A model generated the notes under the pieces. That model made no database searches. It was not told where the DNA came from and saw nothing but the letters and a program-made list of their open reading frames with translations. A DNA stretch of 64,000 bases, from assembly GCF_000142905.1 (NCBI RefSeq), contig NW_013657672.1:204244-268243 (forward strand), written 5' to 3'. This DNA comes from Thecamonas trahens ATCC 50062 (lineage: Eukaryota; Protista; Apusomonadida). Both the position numbers and the translations under genes were made by a program. Below are positions 23,784 through 32,169 of this stretch, piece after piece (position 1 is the stretch's first letter; each line of letters begins with the position of its first letter).

Positions 23784-24797
23784 ATGCACAGGCGAGAGCG
23801 CGGGCTGGTTGCGGTGGCGCTGGCATGCGGTGTGGCGGCGGTGGCCGTGGACCTCGAGTACCACGTCCACGAGTGGGGACTGCCGACAGTCGCTGCCCTC
23901 CGCCATGCACTGCTCTCGGCGCCGGCAAGCGTGCTCGCTCGGCTGGCGTCGGCTTGTGGCTTTGAGATTTTCCTTCCCCTCGTCCCTGCGCTCATCTGGT
24001 CCGGATCGCGGCGGGCCGGCGCGCTGGGCCTCCGTCTCCTCGCCCTCCTCCACTACTCGCTGCTGCTTGTCTCGCTCGCCAAGACCTGGTTCCGCGAGCC
24101 GCGCCCGCTGCATCTGCTCCGTGAGCACTCGGGCTCCGGATCGATGGCGGTCGACGGCGCCTCGGCGCTGGACTCAGTCGAGTACTCGTTCCCATCAGGC
24201 CACTCGTGGGCGACAACCGTGGCCTGGCTCACTGTCGTCGACACGTACTCGGCGAGCTACGCACAGCTCCGCTGGCTGGCAGCCGCCTGCATCGCCGCCA
24301 CTGCAGCATCGCGCGTCTACTTTGCCCTGCACTTTGTCCACGACGTCGGCTCGGGCATCGCGCTCGGCGTCCTGACCTTCTTTGCCGCGCCGAGCCTGCT
24401 GAGCGACTCACGCCGAGCCCTGGCCGCCCGCCTCGTTCTTCTCGCCACCGCCGGCTACGTCCTTATCGCTGCCTTTGAGGCCCACCACCGCCAGAAGCAG
24501 CTTGGTGCGTGGTACTCGCTAGGAGCACTTGTCACCCTCGCCTTTGTCCCGCCGCGCGCGCCACTGCTCGACGCCGCCGCCGCCGCCAAGCCTGGGCTCT
24601 CACCATCGCGCCTGGCCTGGCGCCTGCTCGTCGGCCTCACCCCACTTGGTCTTGGTCTTGGCCTCATCTTTATTCGCGTTGTCCGCGGCCAACGCGACAC
24701 CGAGCTCGAGATCATCCTCCTCCTTGCTGGCGCTGCCGGAGCCACGTGGGTCACTGTTGGAGCACCGGCCGTCTTCCGCCGTCTCAGTCTCGCCTAA
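23784..24797 (+). CDS. PAP2-superfamily integral membrane phosphatase
   Basis: KTWFREPRP, SFPSGHS, SRVYFALHFVHDV; multiple TM segments. Confidence 0.93.
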   Translation: MHRRERGLVAVALACGVAAVAVDLEYHVHEWGLPTVAALRHALLSAPASVLARLASACGFEIFLPLVPALIWSGSRRAGALGLRLLALLHYSLLLVSLAKTWFREPRPLHLLREHSGSGSMAVDGASALDSVEYSFPSGHSWATTVAWLTVVDTYSASYAQLRWLAAACIAATAASRVYFALHFVHDVGSGIALGVLTFFAAPSLLSDSRRALAARLVLLATAGYVLIAAFEAHHRQKQLGAWYSLGALVTLAFVPPRAPLLDAAAAAKPGLSPSRLAWRLLVGLTPLGLGLGLIFIRVVRGQRDTELEIILLLAGAAGATWVTVGAPAVFRRLSLA

Positions 24798-24964
24798 CAA
24801 CATATCCTCTCCCCACGCTTTGAATCCTAGCTTGCCTCCACATCGCCACTTCTGTTATCTTAGCCATGTCCTTGATCCAGGCCGCGGCCGGGCCCGTTGC
24901 CAGGCCGACGCCAAGGCCCAAGCCCACCTGTCCACCAGCACTTCCACCCGGACGACGTCATACA

Positions 24965-24967
<3 letters not shown>

Positions 24968-25000
<33 letters not shown>
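24968..25000. repeat. (CA)n microsatellite
   Basis: Perfect AC dinucleotide run. Confidence 0.95.
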
Positions 25001-25003
<3 letters not shown>

Positions 25004-25007
25004 TCAC

Positions 25008-25508
25008 ATGTCGCATCCAGAGTACTCAGACTCGGACTCGGAAGGCGACGACACGTTCCTCGACGGCGACGACGAGGTCGGCCCGGGGCAGCTGGCGGCG
25101 GCGGGGCAGTCGGCTGACGGCCAAGGCCTGGCTGCCGAGGCAAAGCCTAGGCGCAAACGCTCGATGCTGGACTACCCGGACAAAATCGTTGCTCTTCTAG
25201 AGGGTGAGCCGCCGGTGCCAAGTGGCGCGCCTCCGGTCGCCAAAGCGGCCGTAGATGGCGATGGTGCGGGGCTCATGGCAGCGGCGGCAGCAGCGGCGGT
25301 GGCGGCCGGCCCCGGCCCAGAACCGGGTACGTCAGCGGTGGCGGGGCGAGTGCCGGTCGCGCCCGGGGTCCAGATCCGTCGTGGAGAGCGGAGAATCTCC
25401 AAGGGTTCGTTCGTGGTGCCAGACGACGAGGATGATGATGATGCGGTGGCTGCCGCGGCTACCGCGGCTGTCGCTACGGCGGCTGGGCCTTCCAAGGCTG
25501 ACGCATAA
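25008..25508 (+). CDS. Hypothetical low-complexity acidic/Ala-rich protein (166 aa)
   Basis: ATG-initiated ORF MSHPEYSDSDSEG... fills the gap between two genes; no recognised domain. Confidence 0.5.
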   Translation: MSHPEYSDSDSEGDDTFLDGDDEVGPGQLAAAGQSADGQGLAAEAKPRRKRSMLDYPDKIVALLEGEPPVPSGAPPVAKAAVDGDGAGLMAAAAAAAVAAGPGPEPGTSAVAGRVPVAPGVQIRRGERRISKGSFVVPDDEDDDDAVAAAATAAVATAAGPSKADA

Positions 25509-25572
25509 AGGACTGGAAGGGCATTGAGCCAGGCGAGGAGTACAGATGGGAGTATGTTATGGCCTGCAGCGG

Positions 25573-27156
25573 CTACTCGATGTTCATGGCGGCGAGATCG
25601 TCGGCGTCGTCGGCGTTGGTGGACGCCTGGCCGGCAGTTGCAAGCTCCGGGTGAAAGGCGAGCATCTCGTTGTAGATGTGTGCGCGGATGGTGTTGATGT
25701 CGACGGGCTCCGACTCAAAGTCAAAGTCTAGGAACGGCGGAGCGGCCGGCTCGTTGGTTGGCTCGTGCAGGTCAGCAAAGTAAGGGTGCTCGAGTGCCTG
25801 CTCGGCAGTGAGCCGATCGCCCGGCTGTGTCGCCAGCAGCTTCTCCAGCAGGTCAATGGCCACTGGGCTGACGCCCGGGAACTCGACAGTAAAGTCCTTG
25901 CGCGGCCGGACGCCGTGCGAGCGAACGTATGCGCGCGCGTTGTCGTTGCGAATCTCGTCGATCTCCTCCGGCGATGGCGTGCCCAGAAAGGTGAGGATGA
26001 GCGAGAGCTGATGGACTTGATCGCGGCCTGGAAGCAGCGGGCGTCGCAGGATGAGCTCGGCAAAGATGCAGCCGACAGCCCAGATGTCGACGGCCTTGGT
26101 GTACTGGCCCGAGTCGTAGATAATTTCTGGTGCACGGTACCACCGCGTGGCCACATACTCGGTGAACCCGGCCTGGTTCATGTCGATCACGTTCGGTCGC
26201 GCAAGGCCGAGGTCGCAAATCTTCATATCGCAGTCGGCGTTGAGTACCAGGTTCGACGGCTTGATGTCGCGATGGATGACGCCTGCCGAGTGGATGTACT
26301 TGAGCCCGCGGAAGACCTGGTACAGAAAGTGTGTAAAGTGCTCCTCATTGAGCTCCTGCCCAGACTTGATGATCTGATGCAGGTCCGTGTCCATCAGCTC
26401 CATCACCATGTAGATGGTGGTAAAGGTCTCGGCCTCCTCAGGCGGAATTGTCATAATGTCCAAGATCCGGATCACGTTCTCGTGGTTCGACAGGTGCCGG
26501 AGCAGCTTCAGCTCACGCAGCACCCGCTTGGCGTCGATGGGATGCCCAAATACCTCAGCGATTCTCTTGATGGCCACCTCCTCGCCGGTCACCGTGTCCA
26601 CCGCCGCGCACACTGTTCCATACGCGCCCTTGCCCAGCGCCTACACACACGCACGCACACACGCACACATCATGCAAGCAAACGCACACGCACACATACA
26701 TACACACGCACACATGCAAGGCAAGCACCCAGGGGAATACGTGAGTGTGTACCATCGGTGATGAGGAGGTGCTGGGCAGAGACAACGCCTCCCCTCCCAC
26801 ACCCTCCCACACCCTCCCACACCACCACCACCACCACTGCCCCACACCTCCACCGCACACCTCCACCGACCCCCTTCCAATCTTCCACTCAATCCCCTCC
26901 CCCCGCTACCTGCCCCTTCCCCCCCCTCCCCCCTCCCCCCCCCCCCCCCCCCGGCCTCTCCTCTCCTCCCGAGCTTCCAATGGAACAGACAACGTCGGGA
27001 TCACCACCTTGACCAACCCCCCCCCCCACCCCCACCCCCCCACCCCCACCCCCCCCCACGCCATACAGCACGTACGACAGGATGCTCAATGACGTATCTC
27101 TTGTCAATGACAAACTCGGTGCCTCCCACTAGAAAGCTGTGCTTGCCTATATCCAT
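25573..27156 (-). CDS. Mitogen-activated protein kinase, TEY type (exons 27156-27076 and 26640-25573)
   Basis: FVIDKRY...|ALGKGAYGTVC, AKRVLRELKLLRH, HRDIKPSN, TEYVATRWYRAPE, HEPTNEP docking region. Intron gtacgt...tag. Confidence 0.96.
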
Positions 27157-27380
27157 GGTGAAGCAGGACCCAAGTGAAGTGTGGCTCAAGATGCGATGTG
27201 CGTGGAGTAGGCAGAGCGCGGTCCTCCTCTCTGTCACTCGTAGGCACTGTTTCCGCCCCACGACTCTTCGCTAGGCTTGCAGTCATGCCGATCGGCGTAA
27301 CGAGGCCTTTTCCCGCCTCTCCTGGTTTGGTAACAGCTTTGATGGAGTGCTTCGTGGCGGTGCGCTAGGGCGGTGGCGTA

Positions 27381-30359
27381 TCAGTGCCGGCGACGGGCGA
27401 GCTGGGTCACCTTGGTCGAGAGCATGGACGAGACGCCGAGATACGGCGGGAGCCACTCGGGGAACTGCGAGGTAGCGATAGTGGCCTCTTTGGAGGCGCG
27501 GACGCCCCAGAGCTTGAAGAATGGAACTAGGTCGTGCTTGGCAACCTGCGAGAGCCGCACAATCCACTGGTCGCGGAGGAGTGCCGGCGGGTTGGCTGCA
27601 ACGTCGGCGACCGAGAGCGGCGCCTTGGCGTACGAGTCAAAGACGCCAAAGAACAGCTCCCAGCCAAACTCGACAACAAGCTGGACGTACATGTGAGCGC
27701 CGGCAAGCGGATCCCGCTGCCACAGCGGCTCGAGGTCCGGATCATCAAAGCCGCGGAAGAGGAAGTCCATAACCGCAGCCTCGCGCGAGTTGAGCCGCGG
27801 ATGCGAGAGCGGCGAGACACCGAGCATCGAGTCGAATACAAAGAGCGAGAAGAGGTTGACCGCCACGTCGGCCATTCCGTCAAAGGCAAGCACATTTGAG
27901 GCCTGAAAGTTGTACCCGAGGCACTTGAACAGCGCCCACGCGCCTTGGCTCTGCAGCTTGCGCACGTCCATGGCATCAAACATTAGCGACGGCAGCGAGC
28001 ATGCAATCGGGTAGCCATTGTGAAGTGTTCCGCTTGCGAGCTGCACATCGCCCACGACTCGCTCCGGCCGCCGCCGCGACGGCGCGCCCCATGCCTGGGA
28101 CGCAGCCGGGGCGCTGCTGCTCCCATCGCGCGCGCGCGAGCCAACCAGCGCGCCTTCGCGACCATGCCGCTGCGAGAGTACGTCCATGGTGTCGATGACC
28201 CTGTCCCAGAACGCAAGCACCGCTGATGGGTCCTCAACCTCGCGGAGGACGGCCGTTGGAAGAGTAAAAATGATGCGCGAGGAGGCCAGCTCGCCCCACG
28301 GCGCCGGCCGGTGCAGCTGCATCGCCCGCCACTCAGAGATCGACGTTGTGCCATGTTGGTAGTACGGCGCTAGGACGGTGCCCTCGAGGTCAAGGACCAT
28401 TCGCGATGCTAGGTCGGCAGACCCTGCTGCCGGAGAACCACCCGCTTGCTCACGAATCTCGAGGTAAATAAGGCCACCGTACGGGTTGTGCAGCACAGTC
28501 TGCTCGCCGGCGAGGCCAATCGCGGCCGTGCAGCAAATCGACGGGTGGCGCCGCCACTCGGGTGCGTGAAAGAGGACGTCCGAATGTGCCCCGATCCGCA
28601 ACAGCACTTGCGGAAGCTCGTCGACGGCAAGCGGTGAGTCGGGACCAAAAGTGCCTGAAGCCGAGGCTAGCGCGACCGCAACAAGGCCTCCGGGCGGCGC
28701 ATAGAGGCCGGTCGAGTACCATCCGGGCCCGTTGATGTGGATCTCCACCGCTCGCGGCTGCGGCTTGGCTGTGGGAGGCACCGGCCCGGGAAAGACCGGA
28801 GCAGACGCCGCCGCGGCAGGCACGCCACCGCTCTCGTTGCTCGCCTCATATGAGCCGACAAGAACTGCGAGCCGCTGCACAATGTCCTTCTTGTATACGG
28901 GCGCGTCCAGCGACGGCAGAATCCGCGGGACAGCCTCCCAAACCGCGGCGCAGAGCGCTGGTGGAAAGAGCGATGCCTCCAACGGGAGATACACTGCGTA
29001 ATAGTCAATGACGTCAACGAGCACACTCGGTAGCTTGGCTCGAGAGCTCCGCTCCTCGAGCAAAAAGTTGAGCGCGTCGAGCGCAGCACCCACGTGTCCG
29101 TACTCGGGCGACGAGTGCGCGAGGGCAAGAAGTCGATTGCTCGGGCCTTCCCGCAGGTCGCCACTGGTGATGACCGGCTGATGGGTAAAGACAAAACCCA
29201 TGGGCGTGGTAAAGTCGTTGGCAGGGTAGCGCGGCGTTTTGAACGCGTGGCGGGCGGCGGCGCTAGGAACCGGCCCGTGGGCAGCCTCGGCTGCGCCCTC
29301 GATCTTCTGGTCGTAGAGCAGGAGCACTGCGCCTCCGAGCTTCACGTACCGCTGTAAAGCGCAGAGGCCGCGCGGGTCGGCAAAACCCCGCCACCCGCCC
29401 AGCACCACCAACACTGTGGCGTCCTGCGGCGAGAGCGCCTCGAGCTCGCGAACCGCCAGATGCGGCGCCACAACAAGGTCCAGCAGTGGCCCCAATGCCG
29501 CGAGCGAGTCGATGTACCCGCGGGCGAGGCCAACGGCGCGGACAATAGGCATTGACGGGCACGGACCGGCCAGCCACCGCAGAACGTTGGCCACAAAGAC
29601 CGGGCCATCGGCGCGCTCGTCGGTAAAGACTGTTGGATGAAGCATGTTGACGTGCCCTAGTGCGACTACTCGCCCGCGCTCTATGCTCGATGCTACTACT
29701 ACAGGAGCCGGGACTTCGGTGCGCGGGCCAGCGGTAGCCGCCCGCCCAGCGACCACCACCGCAGCATTGGGCCCAAACACCGCAATCTGCGAGGTTGACC
29801 GTGGCAGCCGCAGCGCAGCCACCGCGCTTGTGATCTCCGCCCGCGCCTCGCTCACCAGCCCCGAGCTCGGCACCGCGCTGCCGACTGCGACCGCCTGGTC
29901 AGCAGCAGTCGGATTGAGCGCCGCGAGCGCCACACCGCCCGGCGTTGACGGTGTGCCGGGCGTGCCAGGCGTGCCAGGCGTCCGCGGCGTCAGCAGCGTG
30001 CCCGAAGTGCCCGAGCCCGAGTCACCACCTCTGGCCGAGCTCAGCCTGCGCCTGCTCGAACGGCCGTGGACCGCGGCCGCTGGCACCGAAAGCGGCGGCA
30101 GTGGAGCAATAGCACCACGCAAGCCAAGATTGCCGCTTCGCCCGTCGCCTGACTCAAGCTCAGGCCCAGGCCCGGGCGTCTTTCGCCGCCGCCGCCGCTT
30201 TCTCCGCCGGTACCGGCGGCGCCCACCCTCGACTTGCCCGCCAAGCCCAGTCACTGGGACCTCGCCGCCACCACGCCCACCGTCATTGTCCTGCCCAGCC
30301 TCGAGTCCACTACTGGTAGACCTGTCCGGCGGTCCCCGCTTTGTGCAACCTGCGCCCAT
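27381..30359 (-). CDS. TCAF/peptidase M60-like protein lacking the HExxH zinc motif; possible N-myristoylation
   Basis: WYSTGLYAPPG, LRIGAHSD, NPYGGLIY, APWGEL, FWDRVI, ERVVGDVQLASGTLHNGYPI. The expected WG..HELGHN site reads WALFKCLGYN. N-terminus MGAGCTK. Confidence 0.85.
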   Translation of the reverse strand: MGAGCTKRGPPDRSTSSGLEAGQDNDGGRGGGEVPVTGLGGQVEGGRRRYRRRKRRRRRKTPGPGPELESGDGRSGNLGLRGAIAPLPPLSVPAAAVHGRSSRRRLSSARGGDSGSGTSGTLLTPRTPGTPGTPGTPSTPGGVALAALNPTAADQAVAVGSAVPSSGLVSEARAEITSAVAALRLPRSTSQIAVFGPNAAVVVAGRAATAGPRTEVPAPVVVASSIERGRVVALGHVNMLHPTVFTDERADGPVFVANVLRWLAGPCPSMPIVRAVGLARGYIDSLAALGPLLDLVVAPHLAVRELEALSPQDATVLVVLGGWRGFADPRGLCALQRYVKLGGAVLLLYDQKIEGAAEAAHGPVPSAAARHAFKTPRYPANDFTTPMGFVFTHQPVITSGDLREGPSNRLLALAHSSPEYGHVGAALDALNFLLEERSSRAKLPSVLVDVIDYYAVYLPLEASLFPPALCAAVWEAVPRILPSLDAPVYKKDIVQRLAVLVGSYEASNESGGVPAAAASAPVFPGPVPPTAKPQPRAVEIHINGPGWYSTGLYAPPGGLVAVALASASGTFGPDSPLAVDELPQVLLRIGAHSDVLFHAPEWRRHPSICCTAAIGLAGEQTVLHNPYGGLIYLEIREQAGGSPAAGSADLASRMVLDLEGTVLAPYYQHGTTSISEWRAMQLHRPAPWGELASSRIIFTLPTAVLREVEDPSAVLAFWDRVIDTMDVLSQRHGREGALVGSRARDGSSSAPAASQAWGAPSRRRPERVVGDVQLASGTLHNGYPIACSLPSLMFDAMDVRKLQSQGAWALFKCLGYNFQASNVLAFDGMADVAVNLFSLFVFDSMLGVSPLSHPRLNSREAAVMDFLFRGFDDPDLEPLWQRDPLAGAHMYVQLVVEFGWELFFGVFDSYAKAPLSVADVAANPPALLRDQWIVRLSQVAKHDLVPFFKLWGVRASKEATIATSQFPEWLPPYLGVSSMLSTKVTQLARRRH

Positions 30360-30608
30360 GCCTCCGAGTATCCGGGAGAGGTGTAGTTGCTTACTATGGC
30401 TGAGACTGACTCGCTGTTGTCGGCACCGTCACGCATTGTAGTCGCCTCGCCCGGTCGACCGGCTGGCGCCGAATTCTCCGACAATGAAGGCGGCGTTGCC
30501 ACTGCGGCGCTGCAGGGGGGGGGGGGGGGGGGGAGGGGATTTGTGCGGCAAGTGCATACGTCGGGCTTGAGGGAAAAGCAATCATGTGATGTAGAGTGGG
30601 ATGGCACG

Positions 30609-31821
30609 CTACGGCGATGAAACAAAGAACGGACCGATCTCGGTCATGGGCACCCAGAAGCGGGCGCCCCACGAAGCCTCGTTGTGCGAGCCGCCCTGGG
30701 CAAGGAAAGAGAAGAGAGTCGAGTTGGTCTTCCATCCCAGAGCCTCAAAGTGAGAGCGAACCTGCTCAAAGCCATCGGTCTGCGAAGCAGGCTCGAGAGA
30801 GCCAACGTCGAGGTAGTAGACGTTGGGCGGCGATGGCGCCGAGTCATCGGTCATGATTTGCGAGCCGAACTGGAAGTTGTCCCACCAGAAAGACGACGAC
30901 ATGCAGCCGGCAATGCCATAGACGTGCGGGCGGGTCCACGCCGCGTAGCACGAGAGCAGGCCGCCGAGCGACGAGCCAAGGATCCCGGTGTGCTCCGGCG
31001 CAGGATGCGCCGGCACCCGGTAGTTCTTGGCGATGAGCGGAAAGATGATCTCCTCCACAAAGTCAAGATATGTGTCGGCCTTGCCGCCTCCACCGACAGA
31101 CGGGTCGTACGATGGCGTGTACTCGTCGATTCGCGCCGCGGTGTTGTCGACGCCGACAAGGACGATCTCTGGAACGACGCCCTCGATGATGAGCGGGTTC
31201 ATCGTCTTCTGGCAGTCCCAAGCAATGCCCGCAAACGATGTGGACGCGTTGAAGCTGCAAAGGGGAGAGTGGAGTGAGTCGGCGGCGGGGGGGGGGGGGG
31301 GGGGGGGGAGGGGAGGGGGAAGACGTAGGGCAGCGTACAGGTTCTGGCCGTCCTGCATGATCAGGAACGGATACGGACCCTTGTACGGGTTCTCGTTGTA
31401 CGACGGAGGCAGCCAGGTGACGACGTTGCGCGAATTTTTCAGCTTGGGTGAGTAGATGTCGTAGAGGTAGACGTAGTGACCCTGGGCGGTGTAGAACCAC
31501 GGGGTGTCGGTGACGTCGGACACGCCCGCAGGTGCAACCGCGTTGCCGCCGAGCTGCCACGTCTCATCGTTGACGAGCACCTTGTACTCGAGATCGCCAT
31601 CGCTGGCAGAGCACTCGGCAGACGCCATCCACGTGTCCTTCCGGTCGCTTCCATCGCCACGCCCGTGCGCCAGTTGAGCCCGCATCCGCTTCCACGCAGG
31701 TACAGCCCCGCCCGTTCGGCAGGTTGACCGCAGGGTAGCGGACGGTGATGCTGAGGCCGGCAGCAGAGCCCACAGCCAGCACAACAGCCAGTACAGCCAC
31801 AACAAGCCATGTCATTCGCAT
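30609..31821 (-). CDS. Secreted alpha/beta-hydrolase (putative esterase, IroE/Fes-like) with N-terminal CBM20-like module; 84-nt intron 31338-31255; two -1 frameshifts (~31712, ~31641)
   Basis: Signal peptide MRMTWLVVAVLAVVLAVGSAAG; LYLRGSGCGLNW..EYKVLVNDETWQLGGN; WLPPSY, MQDGQNL|F, RIDEYTP, GSSLGG nucleophile elbow, YLDVG, HNEASW. Confidence 0.88.
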
Positions 31822-32169
31822 GGTTACCTCACCGCAAGCGAGAGAGAATTTGGCGAGACGCGAGTAGCGAGCAGCGAGCAGCGAGAGGTCGCGCGGCTGC
31901 CTGCACGCATCCACCTCGTCCGCCCCCAAGTGAGCTCTGCCACCAAGGCGGAAAACCTCACAAAGCCCAGCTCCCCCCCCCCTCCCCCCCTCCCCGTCAC
32001 AATTTTTCTGTGTCGTCCCCCCTCCCCCCACCCCCCACCCTCCCCCACTTCCCGCCTCACTTGCCAGGGGGGGGGGGCAACTTTCAGAGCTCAGGGGGGG
32101 CGACTGGCTCGACGGAGGGGACGAGGCGCCAAAGGGCAACACTTCTCTCTCTCTCTCGTGCAAGTGCGT

